In this document: piece by piece, positions 1 through 11,865 of the stretch
Layout of the letters: the number at the start of each line of letters is the position of its first letter
How positions within the stretch are numbered: the first letter of the stretch is position 1
Assembly (NCBI GenBank): GCA_963836815.1
Contig: CAWILD010000013.1
Location: forward strand, 105,166-169,165
From: an uncultured Gemmatimonadales bacterium
GTDB taxonomy: Bacteria; Gemmatimonadota; Gemmatimonadetes; Gemmatimonadales; GWC2-71-9
Direction: 5' to 3'
DNA length: 64,000 bases
The notes under the pieces: model-generated
Told to the model about the DNA's origin: nothing
The model's input: the letters and a program-made list of their open reading frames with translations, nothing else
The model's database searches: none
Translations under genes and position numbers: made by a program

Positions 1-198
1 GGCCTGCTGGCCGGCTGGCTCCTGGCCAACTCGCTCAGAATCGACCGCGCCACGGCCCTCGGCCTCACCCTGGTGTGTGTCGGCAGCGCGCTCTCGGCGG
101 CCGTCGATGGTGCGATCCGGAGTGCGGGGAGGGACACCCGGCTTCGCTGGCTGCTCGGCGGCGCCGTGGTCGGGTTGATTCTGGCGGTGCTCCGGTGA
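1..198 (+). CDS. C-terminal end of a membrane protein, probably PTS mannose-family IIC component (5' end outside window)
   Basis: Frame is open from the window edge to TGA 196-198. Hydrophobic tail (GLLAGWLLANS...VVGLILAVLR). GTGA overlap with the IID gene. Family assigned from operon context only. Confidence 0.45.
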   Translation, partial: GLLAGWLLANSLRIDRATALGLTLVCVGSALSAAVDGAIRSAGRDTRLRWLLGGAVVGLILAVLR

Positions 199-929
199 AC
201 GGGAGCTGGCGGGCACTGCTGCGGCTGCTCGCGGTGCAGGGCACCTGGAACTACGAGCGGATGCTCGGGGTCGGTATGGGGTACGCCGCCGAGCCGCTGC
301 TGGAAGACCTGAAGACGGTGGATCCGGTGCGGCACAGCGAGGCGGTGGTTCGCTCCACCGACTTCTTCAACTGCCACCCGAACCTCGCGGGTCTGGCACT
401 CGGCGCGATCGCGCGGGCGGAATACGACGCGATGCCCGGCCAGCAGATCGTGCGGCTCCGCACCGCGCTCTGCAGCCCGCTGGGGTCGCTGGGCGACCAG
501 CTCTTCTGGGCAGGTCTGGTTCCCGGGCTGAGCGGCCTCGCCCTCGCAGCAGTGGTGCTGGGCGCGGGGTGGTGGGCTATCGCCGGATTTCTGCTCGCCT
601 ACAATCTGGTGCGGTTGGGCACCGCCAGATGGGCGCTCAAGACCGGACTCGACACCGGGATGCAGGTTGGAGCCGCCATCGGCCGATCCTGGGTGACCCG
701 CTGGATCCCGCGGATGGGGGTGGCGGCGGGGTTTGCCGTCGGTCTCGCCGTCCCGCTGGTCGCGGCGTGGTACCTCGAGAGGATCGGGACGGTCGGGGCC
801 GTAGGCACGCTGGCCGTCGCGGCGACGGGCGTCGCGGTGACGCGCTGGTTCGGTCCGGCCCTCACGGCGATCCGGTTCGCGCTCCTGGCGATGGTGCTGC
901 TCCTGGTCTTCCGGTGGATCGGCCTGTGA
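195..929 (+). CDS. PTS mannose/fructose/sorbose-family IID component
   Basis: Inside ORF 75-929. GTG 195 overlaps the upstream stop. The N-terminus LLRLLAVQGTWNYERMLGVGMGYA is typical of IID, followed by several TM segments. Confidence 0.8.
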   Translation: MNGSWRALLRLLAVQGTWNYERMLGVGMGYAAEPLLEDLKTVDPVRHSEAVVRSTDFFNCHPNLAGLALGAIARAEYDAMPGQQIVRLRTALCSPLGSLGDQLFWAGLVPGLSGLALAAVVLGAGWWAIAGFLLAYNLVRLGTARWALKTGLDTGMQVGAAIGRSWVTRWIPRMGVAAGFAVGLAVPLVAAWYLERIGTVGAVGTLAVAATGVAVTRWFGPALTAIRFALLAMVLLLVFRWIGL

Positions 930-1192
930 TCGAGCGCGAGGCGACCATCGTGAACCAGGAGGGCTTGCATGCGAGGCCGGCCGCGCAGATCGTCCGGCTG
1001 GCGAGCTCGTTCACCGCGGAGATCGAGATTCTCAAGGATGGCTTCGGCGTGAATGGCAAGAGCATCATGGGCGTGATGATGCTGGCCGCGGAGTGCGGCA
1101 GCTGCATCACCATCCGGGCGCACGGCGCGGACGCGGAGCAGGCCGTCGAGGCCCTCGCGCGGCTCGTGGCCGACGGGTTCGGAGAGCCCTGA
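926..1192 (+). CDS. ptsH: Phosphocarrier protein HPr
   Basis: 89 aa starting at GTG 926 (GTGA overlap). His-15 motif GLHARPAA and Ser-46 region GKSIMGVMML are present. Confidence 0.9.
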   Translation: MIEREATIVNQEGLHARPAAQIVRLASSFTAEIEILKDGFGVNGKSIMGVMMLAAECGSCITIRAHGADAEQAVEALARLVADGFGEP

Positions 1193-1193
1193 C

Positions 1194-2993
1194 GTGTCGC
1201 GCACCCTCCGCGGGATCGGCGTGTCGCCCGGCGTGGTTTTCGCGCCGGCGCTGGTGGTGCGCTTCGACTTTCCCGAGGTGCCGGATCGCACCGTCCGTGC
1301 CGACCAGGTGGACGAGGAGGTCCAGCGGCTGCGGGATGCGGTAGAGGAAGTGGTGCGCCAGTTGCGCGACCTCGGGGAGCGCGTGCTCAAGCGGGCCGGG
1401 CCCGAGGAAGCACGCATCTTCGACGCCCAGATCCTCATGGCGCAGGACGAGGAGTTTCTCACGTCGGTCGAGACGTTGATCCGCAACAACCAGCTGAGCG
1501 CCGAGACCGCGTACGAGTTCAAGGCATTGGAGCTGAGGAATCTGTGGTCCGGCAAGGCCCGGCTGCGCGAGCGACTCGCCGACCTCCACGCCATCCAGCT
1601 CCGGATGGTGGCGCAGCTGATGGGCCGCGCCGACCTCGAGCTGTGGTCCATGCCGGTGGACGAGCAGGTCGTCGTCATCGCCCACGAGCTCTCACCGGGC
1701 CTCACGGTGCAGCTCGACCGGGAACACGTGGTAGGGCTGGTGAGCGAGGAGGGCACCCGGACGTCGCACGCGGCGATCCTGGCGCACTCCCTCGGCATTC
1801 CCGCGGTGATGGGAGCCGCGGGCGCGCTCTCCCAGATCGCCGCGGGAACGATGGTGCTCCTCGACGGCCAGGCCGGCACCATCGTGCTCGATCCCACGCG
1901 CGGCGAGCTGGAGGATGCCCAGACCCAGGTCAGCCGCCGTCACAAGCTCGAGCTTCAGCTCGAAGGCATCGTCGAGCAGCCCGCGGTCACCCCCGGCGGA
2001 CGCCCGATCCTGCTGATGGGCAACGTGGACCTGCCGGAGGAGATCGAGATGGCGGTCCGCCACGGGGCCCAGGGCGTCGGGTTGCTGCGCACCGAGTTTC
2101 TCCTGACCGGACGCGCCACGCTCCCCACGGAGGACGAGCAGGCCGAATACTTCCGGCGGGTGGCCCTCGCGTTTCCGGAGCGGACCGTCATCATCCGCTC
2201 CTTCGACCTGGGCGGCGACAAGTTTCCGGTGGCGTTCAAGGCGCCGCAGGAGGCCAATCCGTTTCTGGGCTGGCGATCCATCCGGGTCTGCCTGGATGAG
2301 CCGGAAGTGTTCCGTCCCCAGATCCGGGCGGTCCTGCGCGCTGCCGCGGGCCGTGACCTGCAGCTCATGCTGCCGCTGGTCACCCTGGTGGAGGAGGTGC
2401 TGGAGACGCGGGCGATAGTGGAGGAGGAGGCGGCAGCGCTGCGCCGGGCGGGGGTGCGCGCGGCGCCGACCGTGCCCGTGGGTGTCATGATCGAGACTCC
2501 CGCGGCGGTGCTCATTGCCGACAAGCTGGCCGAGGTGAGCGCCTTCTTCAGTATCGGAACCAACGATCTCACTCAGTACACGATGGCGGTGGATCGGGGG
2601 AATGCCCGACTGGCTGACCGCTTCACGCCGCACCATCCCTCGATCGTACGCCAGCTGCATCGAGTGGCGGAGGTGGGGCGGGAGGCCGGCCTGCCGGTGA
2701 GCGTGTGCGGCGAGATGGCCTCGGAGCCGCTGAGCGCAGTCCTGCTCATCGGTCTGGGCATCGACCGCTTGAGTGTTTCGCCTCCCGCGCTGCCGCTGGT
2801 GAAATGGGTGGTCCGTACGGTCCCCGAGGAGGCCGCCCGGCGCGCCGCCGAAGAGGCGCTGAGCGCGGCGAGCGCCGACCAGGTGTCGGAGGCCCTGCGG
2901 AGTGCCGTGGGAGAGTACCTCGACGTACGGCTGCTGGACCCCCACTCGGCGTTGCCGGGGCGGGGCCGCGTGGCTAGCTTGAGGCCGCAATAA
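1194..2993 (+). CDS. ptsI: Phosphoenolpyruvate-protein phosphotransferase (PTS enzyme I)
   Basis: 599 aa. Motifs [19 protein letters not shown] (phospho-His region) and [10 protein letters not shown]. Confidence 0.95.
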   Translation: MSRTLRGIGVSPGVVFAPALVVRFDFPEVPDRTVRADQVDEEVQRLRDAVEEVVRQLRDLGERVLKRAGPEEARIFDAQILMAQDEEFLTSVETLIRNNQLSAETAYEFKALELRNLWSGKARLRERLADLHAIQLRMVAQLMGRADLELWSMPVDEQVVVIAHELSPGLTVQLDREHVVGLVSEEGTRTSHAAILAHSLGIPAVMGAAGALSQIAAGTMVLLDGQAGTIVLDPTRGELEDAQTQVSRRHKLELQLEGIVEQPAVTPGGRPILLMGNVDLPEEIEMAVRHGAQGVGLLRTEFLLTGRATLPTEDEQAEYFRRVALAFPERTVIIRSFDLGGDKFPVAFKAPQEANPFLGWRSIRVCLDEPEVFRPQIRAVLRAAAGRDLQLMLPLVTLVEEVLETRAIVEEEAAALRRAGVRAAPTVPVGVMIETPAAVLIADKLAEVSAFFSIGTNDLTQYTMAVDRGNARLADRFTPHHPSIVRQLHRVAEVGREAGLPVSVCGEMASEPLSAVLLIGLGIDRLSVSPPALPLVKWVVRTVPEEAARRAAEEALSAASADQVSEALRSAVGEYLDVRLLDPHSALPGRGRVASLRPQ

Positions 2994-2994
2994 T

Positions 2995-3041
2995 CGCGGG
3001 GCAGCGGGGCCGACTGTCCCACTGCCCCGCGGCGCATTGTT
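2995..3041 (+). terminator. GC-rich hairpin after ptsI (possible terminator)
   Basis: CGCGGGGCAG (2995-3004) pairs perfectly with CTGCCCCGCG (3032-3041). The loop is long and the following T tract is weak (cattgtt). Confidence 0.35.
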
Positions 3042-3063
3042 CCCTGAACCCAGAGCGTCCCAG

Positions 3064-5650
<2,587 letters not shown>

Positions 5651-5654
5651 TTTC

Positions 5655-6146
5655 ATGATCGAAGTGACGGTCGCGCACCTGGGTCTCGACCGGACCACCA
5701 ACACGCCGGTCGTGATCCTGAGGGAAAAGGATGGCACCCGGGTGCTGCCCATCTGGATCGGGCCCGCCGAGGCGAGCGCGATCGCGATGGAGCTGCAGGG
5801 AATGAAGGCGCAGCGGCCGCTGACGCACGACCTGCTCAAGCAGGTCCTGATCGGATTGGGTGGCGAGCTGCGCCGCGTCGTCATCAGCGCGGTGAAGGAG
5901 AACACCTACTTCGCCGACCTCCTCATCCGGCGGGACGACCAGGTCTTCCAGGTCGACGCCCGCCCCTCCGACAGCATCGCGCTGGCGCTGCGGATGCGCG
6001 CACCCATCTTCACCAGCGACCAGCTGCTCGACCAGAGCGGCGTCGAGACCGACGAGCCCTCCCCGAACCCCTCGCTCGAGGCGGACAAGCTCAAGGAATA
6101 CCTCGAGCGGATGGATCCGCAGGACTTCGGCAAGTTCAATCCGTGA
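5655..6146 (+). CDS. Bifunctional nuclease family protein (DUF151)
   Basis: 163 aa. VVILREKDGTRVLPIWIGPAEASAIAMEL...RPLTHDL is the typical DUF151 core. Confidence 0.8.
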   Translation: MIEVTVAHLGLDRTTNTPVVILREKDGTRVLPIWIGPAEASAIAMELQGMKAQRPLTHDLLKQVLIGLGGELRRVVISAVKENTYFADLLIRRDDQVFQVDARPSDSIALALRMRAPIFTSDQLLDQSGVETDEPSPNPSLEADKLKEYLERMDPQDFGKFNP

Positions 6147-7301
6147 GGTCGGCGGGACAGCGGGACGGCAGCGGCGCCCTCCGGGGGCTGCTGTCCGCCC
6201 TAGCGCTGCTGCTATTGGTGACCGCAGGTTCGTCGAGTCTCTCGGCCCAGGCGCTCGTCGGTGGTAGAGTCGTCCACCCGGACCTGAAACCGGTGCCGTC
6301 GGTCCGGGTCGTCCTCCACCGGGTGGGGCGTGACGCGCAGGGACCTTTGGATTCCACGGCGACGGCTCGGGATGGCCGTTTCCGGTTCCGGTTCACCCCG
6401 GATACCTCTGCGATCTATCTCCTCAGCGCCAGATACGCCGGGGTCGAGTATTTCTCTCCACCGGTCCAGCTCGATTCCGTGCGGTCGCGATACCGCGATC
6501 TCGGTCGTCGTCTACGACACGTCCAGCACCGCCCCGATCGAGCTCGCGGCGCGTCACATCGTCATTCCCCGGGCAGGCGACGACGGCACGCGCGAGGTGC
6601 TGGACCTCGTAGTGCTCCAGAATCAGGGGACCGTCGCTCGGGTGGCTCCGGACACCCTCGGCGCGTCCTGGTCGGCGCCGCTGCCGCCCGGCAGCGAAGG
6701 GTTGGACGTGGGGCAGGGAGACGTCTCACCCGATGCGATCGTCCGGCGAAACGACTCGATCTTCATGGCGGCGCCGATCGGTCCGGGGGAGAAGGAGCTC
6801 TCGTTTCAGTATCATCTGCCGCGGGCTCGGGACAGGGTCCAGATTCCCTTCGGACGCGAGGGCGGCACGGTGAACGTGCTGCTGGAGGAGCCGGGAGCCG
6901 TGGCGAGCGCACCGGGCCTGGCCTTCGCCGATACGCAAATGATCGGCGGACGCTCGTTCCGCCGGTTCACCGGCGCGATTCCGGCGGGTGGCGTCGTCTC
7001 GGTAAGGCTGCCGGGACCACCGAGAGCGCCGGTTGCCGTGCTCGCCGCGCTCGTCGGTGCCTCGGTGATCGCGCTCGGCCTGGCGGGATGGCACCTCTTC
7101 CGGCGCGGGGGTGCGCCGGGGAGACAGCCGGGGTCGTCACCCCAGGATGCTCTTCTCGATCGGCTCGCGGCGCTCGACGCCCGCTATATCGGGCGGGAAG
7201 ACAAGGTCGAGGCAAACGAGTGGGCCACCTATCAGGCCGACCGCACGCGTCTCAAGGAGGAGCTGCAGGCGATGCTTGCCGCCCAAGGTCAGGCGCGATG
7301 A
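6143..7301 (+). pseudogene. Signal-peptide protein with a CarboxypepD_reg-like N-domain and a C-terminal TM anchor; apparent frameshift near 6475-6495
   Basis: The N-terminus (signal peptide, VVHPDLKPVPSVRVVLHRVG...DGRFRFRF) is in the frame of ORF 6143. The rest (AISVVVYDTSS...TM helix VAVLAALVGASVIALGLAGW...) is in the frame of ORF 6330-7301. Total length is not a multiple of 3. Confidence 0.55.
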
Positions 7302-8167
7302 GCTGGCGGGCGATCACGCTGGCGGTCGTGGCGATCGGCTGCCGTCCCGCGGCCACCGGCCGCGCAGCCGTGGCGATCGTGGACGACGCGGGCGACACGG
7401 TGGCCGTCCAGGTTCCCGCCCGCCGGATCGCTTCGCTCATCCCGGCCACGACCGAGCTGCTCTTCGCGATCGGAGCGGGGGACCGGCTGGTCGGCCGGAC
7501 CGCCTGGTGCGACTTCCCGCCCGAGGCACAGCTGGTCGACAATCTCGGCGACGGGATCAATCCCAACCTCGAGGCGATCCTGGCGCGGAATCCCGATCTC
7601 GTGCTGCTGTACAACTCCGCCCAGCACGCGAGCGCGGCGAAGCGACTCCGCGACCTGGGTATTCCCACCCTCCGCCTCAGCACCGATGCATTGTCGGACG
7701 TGGATCGTCTGGCGAAACTATTCGGTCGCCTCACCCGGCACGAGCGACGAGCCGACAGCGTGAGCGCGGTCTTCGATACGGCCCTCGCCGCGGCCAGCAG
7801 CCCTCCACCAGGTCGCCGTCCCAAGGTTCTGCTCCTGGTCTGGGAGCAGCCCCCCATGACCATCGGGCGAGGCAGCTTTCTGAATGATCTGGTGGAGCGG
7901 GCCGGCGGCGAGAACGTTTTTGCCGATGTGGCGGCCAGCTCGGGCAACGTCAGCATCGAGGCGGTCGCGGTGCGCAACCCCGATTTGATCCTGACCACGG
8001 CCGCGGGACCCGCGGCCTTCGCCAATCGCCCTGAATGGCAAGTCGTGCCGGCCGTGCGCGAGCGTCGCTTCGTTCACGTCAAGGGCTCCGAGTTCAACCG
8101 GCCGAGCCCGAGATCGCCGAGCGCGATCCGCCAACTCGCCGGGCAATTGAAAGCGCTTGCCCGGTGA
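7298..8167 (+). CDS. ABC transporter periplasmic binding protein, BtuF/FhuD (cobalamin/siderophore/heme) type
   Basis: ATG 7298 lies in an ATGA overlap. RIASLIPATTELLFAIGAGDRLVGRT.WCDFP and NPDLVL are typical of this binding-protein class. It forms the 3' part of fused track ORF 6143-8167. Confidence 0.85.
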   Translation: MSWRAITLAVVAIGCRPAATGRAAVAIVDDAGDTVAVQVPARRIASLIPATTELLFAIGAGDRLVGRTAWCDFPPEAQLVDNLGDGINPNLEAILARNPDLVLLYNSAQHASAAKRLRDLGIPTLRLSTDALSDVDRLAKLFGRLTRHERRADSVSAVFDTALAAASSPPPGRRPKVLLLVWEQPPMTIGRGSFLNDLVERAGGENVFADVAASSGNVSIEAVAVRNPDLILTTAAGPAAFANRPEWQVVPAVRERRFVHVKGSEFNRPSPRSPSAIRQLAGQLKALAR

Positions 8168-9138
8168 GAGCCCGGGTAACGCCGCTTCTCGCCATTGCGG
8201 TGGTGTCGGCTCTCGCGCTGGGCCTCGCCGCCGGGGCGGTCCCATTGTCGCTGGGGGAGGTCTGGGACGGCTTGTGGCACGGCAGCGCGGCTTCGGCCGT
8301 CATCGTGCGCGACCTGCGCGCGCCACGCGTGCTGCTCGCCTTTCTGGTGGGTGGGAGTCTCGCCGTCTGCGGGGCGGCCCTGCAGGCGATGATCCGGAAC
8401 CCCTTGGCGGAGCCCTACCTCCTCGGCCTGTCCGGCGGGGCCGGCCTGGGCGCCGTCGCCGCAATCGCCTCCAGGGCCGCGTCTCCGTGGGCGGTCCCGG
8501 TCGCCGCGTTCTGCGGTGCCCTCGCGGCGGTCGCGCTGGTCTACCGCCTGAGTCTCGCCGCGGGCCGACGGCTAGACCCCAGAGTGCTGCTCTTGTCGGG
8601 GGTAGTCGTCGGGTCGTTCGCCGGCGCTCTCATGAGCGCCATCATCGTGCTGTCCGACGCCAGCGGTGTGCGCAACGCCTTCCTGTGGCTGTTGGGAGGC
8701 TTCGGGGCTGCCTCCTGGCAGAGCCTGGGGGTGTTCTCCGCCTACGCCGTCGTGCCGTTGCTCTGGCTGGGATGGCACTCGCGCTCGCTCGACCTGATCG
8801 CGCTCGGCGACGAGCCGGCGCATCATCTTGGTGCGGAGGTGGAGCGCACCCGGCGATTGGTCTACATCACGACCGCGCTGCTCACGGCCGCGAGCGTCGC
8901 GACCTGTGGGATCATCGGTTTCGTTGGGCTGGTAGTGCCTCATGCGGTGCGAATCGTATCGCGCCCGTTGCATCGGAGCCTCATGCCGTTGGCCTTCTTT
9001 ACCGGCGGCGCGTTCCTGGTGCTCTCGGACGCGGTCTCGAGAACCATCGTTCGGCCTCTGGAGTTGCCGGTGGGCGTCATCACGGCCCTGGTGGGCGTGC
9101 CGCTGTTCGCGATGCTGCTCCGGAGGACGCTGGCGTGA
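8164..9138 (+). CDS. FecCD-family ABC permease (BtuC-like)
   Basis: GTG 8164 lies in a GTGA overlap. Multi-TM protein with LRAPRVLLAFLVGGSLAVCGAALQAMIRNPLAEPYLLG. Confidence 0.9.
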   Translation: MRARVTPLLAIAVVSALALGLAAGAVPLSLGEVWDGLWHGSAASAVIVRDLRAPRVLLAFLVGGSLAVCGAALQAMIRNPLAEPYLLGLSGGAGLGAVAAIASRAASPWAVPVAAFCGALAAVALVYRLSLAAGRRLDPRVLLLSGVVVGSFAGALMSAIIVLSDASGVRNAFLWLLGGFGAASWQSLGVFSAYAVVPLLWLGWHSRSLDLIALGDEPAHHLGAEVERTRRLVYITTALLTAASVATCGIIGFVGLVVPHAVRIVSRPLHRSLMPLAFFTGGAFLVLSDAVSRTIVRPLELPVGVITALVGVPLFAMLLRRTLA

Positions 9139-9926
9139 TCCTCGAGGCCAGCCACGTCACGGTGCGCTACGCGAACGGCGTCGCTCCGGCCCTGAGCGAT
9201 GTGAGCTGTGCCGTGGATGCCTCCCGTCTGGTCGCGGTCGTCGGGCCCAACGGCAGCGGAAAGACCACGCTGGTGCGGGCCGTCTCGGGACTCAGTCCGT
9301 TGGCCGGTGGCCAGGTCCTGATCGAGGGGCGACCCGTCGCGCAGTGGCCCCGGGGATCCCTGGCGCGAGTGCTCGCGGTGGTGCCGCAGCGCGAGGAGCA
9401 CACCTTTCCGCTGTCCGTGGAGGAGATGGTGATGCTGGGTCGCTACGCGCGCCTTGGCCCACTCGCCGCGCCGGGCTCGGCGGATCGCGCCGCGGTGCGG
9501 CAGGCGCTGGAGCGCTGCGACATTGCCGGGCTGGCCGGTCGGCCGGTAGACGCATTGAGCGGAGGCGAGTGGCAACGTGTGCGGGTGGCCCGTGGTCTTG
9601 CGCAAGAGCCTCGGCTCCTGCTGCTCGACGAGCCGACCGCGTCGCTGGACGTAAGGCATGAGATGGAGCTCTTCGAGCTGGTGCGTGGCCTGGTGGATGG
9701 AGGGCTGGCCGGCCTGGTGATCACCCATCACCTGAATCTTGCGGCGCGGTTCGCCGATCGGATGCTGCTCCTGAGCGGCGGCGCAGTCGTGGCCGAAGGC
9801 ACGCCACTGGAGGTCATGCGTCAGGACGTGCTGCGACGGGTCTTCGAGTGGCCGGTCGCCGTCACCACCTGGTGCGATGGGTCACCGCAGGTGGTGCCGC
9901 TTCGTCCTGGTGAGGTGCAAGAATGA
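9135..9926 (+). CDS. ABC transporter ATP-binding protein (FecE/BtuD-like)
   Basis: GTG 9135 lies in a GTGA overlap. Walker A GPNGSGKTT, signature LSGGEWQRV, Walker B LLLLDEPT. Confidence 0.9.
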   Translation: MILEASHVTVRYANGVAPALSDVSCAVDASRLVAVVGPNGSGKTTLVRAVSGLSPLAGGQVLIEGRPVAQWPRGSLARVLAVVPQREEHTFPLSVEEMVMLGRYARLGPLAAPGSADRAAVRQALERCDIAGLAGRPVDALSGGEWQRVRVARGLAQEPRLLLLDEPTASLDVRHEMELFELVRGLVDGGLAGLVITHHLNLAARFADRMLLLSGGAVVAEGTPLEVMRQDVLRRVFEWPVAVTTWCDGSPQVVPLRPGEVQE

Positions 9927-10966
9927 AGATGATCCGGGGCACTCTGGTCGGAGTGGCTCTGCTCGTCGGCTGCGCCGAAACCAACGCGCCCTTGCCCGAC
10001 CCGGTCGAGGTGTTGCTCGCGGTGAACCGTGAGGGCAACACGCTCAGCGTCTTGCCGGTGGACGATCCTGAGTCCGGCTCTCAGGTGCCGCTCGGCGGCA
10101 CCGGCTCGAAGCCCACCAGTCTCGCGGCGCGAGCCGCGGTGGCGGTCGTGCCGCTCGGCGCGGGTGATGCCGTCGCGGTGGTGGATCTCCGCAGCCGCCA
10201 GGTGATGCTGACAATTCCGCTACCCGGATCGGGCGCCACCGGCGCTGCGATCGTGGACGACTCCATCGCGTACGTCGCCAACCCGAACCTCAACACCGTC
10301 TCCCGCATCAACTACCTGACCGGCGAATCCGCCGAGGTTCCGGTGGGCCTGGATCCCCAGGCGGTGGTGTTCGCGAGAGGACGCGTCTTCGTGCTGAACG
10401 GCAATCTCGACGAGACCCTCGAGCCCGTGGGTGAGAGCTGGATCACGGTTATTGACCCGGTCACCAACGCCCACGCCACGGGAATCGATTCGATCCCGCT
10501 CTCCGGTGGGGGAAACGCCCGATCCGGTGCGGTCGGAGCGGACGGGTTGCTGTACGTCGTGGTCGCTGGCAGCACGCAGCAGAGCGAAGGGCGCCTGTCC
10601 ATCGTGGACCCGGTCGAGCGCGTCGAGATCGCGAGCTTTTCCGGGCTCGGCCGGGCGCCCGGCCAGGTCGCGGCGAACGGCGAAGCCCGCGTGTACATCA
10701 GCTCGACCACGGAGGGCCTGCTCGCCTTCGACACCGACAGCAACGAGGTCGTACGCGGCGAAGGCGAGGGATTCCCCATCCCCACCAACTCCGGGGTAGC
10801 TCTCGACAGCGATCAACGGGTCTACGCGCTGGAAGCCGGTCCCTGCGCCGGCCCAACCAGCGGAACGGCGCACGTCCTTGCCCCCGACCTCTCGGACGAG
10901 CTGCGAACCTTGCCGCTGGGACGCTGCCCGGCGGCCGCGCTCACCGTGCGCATCCCACCGGAGTGA
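9923..10966 (+). CDS. Lipoprotein with YVTN/YncE-like beta-propeller repeats
   Basis: ATGA overlap with the ATPase gene. Lipobox LLVGC. Repeated blade-like segments (AVVDL.., AYVANPNLNTVSRI, VFVLNGN, LYVVVAG, VYISS, VYALE). Confidence 0.6.
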   Translation: MKMIRGTLVGVALLVGCAETNAPLPDPVEVLLAVNREGNTLSVLPVDDPESGSQVPLGGTGSKPTSLAARAAVAVVPLGAGDAVAVVDLRSRQVMLTIPLPGSGATGAAIVDDSIAYVANPNLNTVSRINYLTGESAEVPVGLDPQAVVFARGRVFVLNGNLDETLEPVGESWITVIDPVTNAHATGIDSIPLSGGGNARSGAVGADGLLYVVVAGSTQQSEGRLSIVDPVERVEIASFSGLGRAPGQVAANGEARVYISSTTEGLLAFDTDSNEVVRGEGEGFPIPTNSGVALDSDQRVYALEAGPCAGPTSGTAHVLAPDLSDELRTLPLGRCPAAALTVRIPPE

Positions 10967-11002
10967 CGCCGGGCCGCGAGTCGGCGGGGACTATCTTTCA
11001 GT

Positions 11003-11779
11003 ATGTCTCTCGTCGCGACTCCGGCCATCGTTCTGTCCGCCCTGCGCTATAGCGAAACCTCCAAGATCGTGCGCCTCGCCACGCGCGAGTTGGGTGTTCA
11101 AAGTGCCATCGCCAAGGGCGCGCTGCGGCCGCGCAGCCGCTTCGGCGCGGCCCTGCAGCTCCTGAGCGAGGGCCAGGCGCAACTCCTGGTGAAGGAGCAC
11201 CGCGAGCTCCATACCCTGGCTGAGTTCGACCTGACCCGGCTCCACGCGGGGCTGACCAACGACCTCGCCCGCTACGCGACCGCCTCGGCGCTAGCGGAGG
11301 TGATGATCCGGTTCGCCCCGGCCGATCCCCATCCCGAGAGTTACGATCTCCTGCATGATGCGCTCGGCCTGCTCGAGCATGCCCCCGCAACGACGCTCGA
11401 GCCACTTGGATTCCGTCTCCTCTGGCGGCTCGTGAGCGTCCTGGGATTTTCGCCGTCGCTCCATGCGTGCGTGCGCGATGGTGCCTTGGTGCCTGCCGAC
11501 AGGGGCCTTCCGTTCAGCACCCGCGAGGGTGGCGCGCTCTGCGCCGCTTGCGCTGCGCAACACGGGGCGACTCACCTGCCACCGCAAGCCCGGAGGGACC
11601 TGGTCGCAATGCTCGACCCGGAGGCGGTCCTCCCGACCCTCGACTCGCGTCATGCCGAGTCGCACCGGAGGCTGCTCGCCGGGTACATCCGCTATCACCT
11701 CGGTGAGGGGGCGGACCTGCCGGCTCTCGAGTTCTGGACCCGGCGGCCCTGGCTGATGGGCTGTAAGGGGAGTGGCTAG
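11003..11779 (+). CDS. recO: DNA repair protein RecO
   Basis: 258 aa. N-terminal OB-fold pattern (AIVLSALRYSETSKIVRLATRELG) and a C-terminal Cys cluster (CVRDG...CAACA). Confidence 0.85.
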   Translation: MSLVATPAIVLSALRYSETSKIVRLATRELGVQSAIAKGALRPRSRFGAALQLLSEGQAQLLVKEHRELHTLAEFDLTRLHAGLTNDLARYATASALAEVMIRFAPADPHPESYDLLHDALGLLEHAPATTLEPLGFRLLWRLVSVLGFSPSLHACVRDGALVPADRGLPFSTREGGALCAACAAQHGATHLPPQARRDLVAMLDPEAVLPTLDSRHAESHRRLLAGYIRYHLGEGADLPALEFWTRRPWLMGCKGSG

Positions 11780-11865
11780 AGGCTTCGGGTCACGGGTATA
11801 TCTAGAATGCTTTCGCGCAGTGCCTTCGCGGATCGCCTATTGCTTCAATCCGATGGCCGACCTCA

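Noticed and set aside
6143-8167. A 674-aa ORF that looks like one large protein.
   Set aside because: Its central 250 aa are Arg/Gly-rich nonsense. The real content is an N-terminal domain that continues in the frame of ORF 6330-7301, plus a separate BtuF-like gene starting at ATG 7298.
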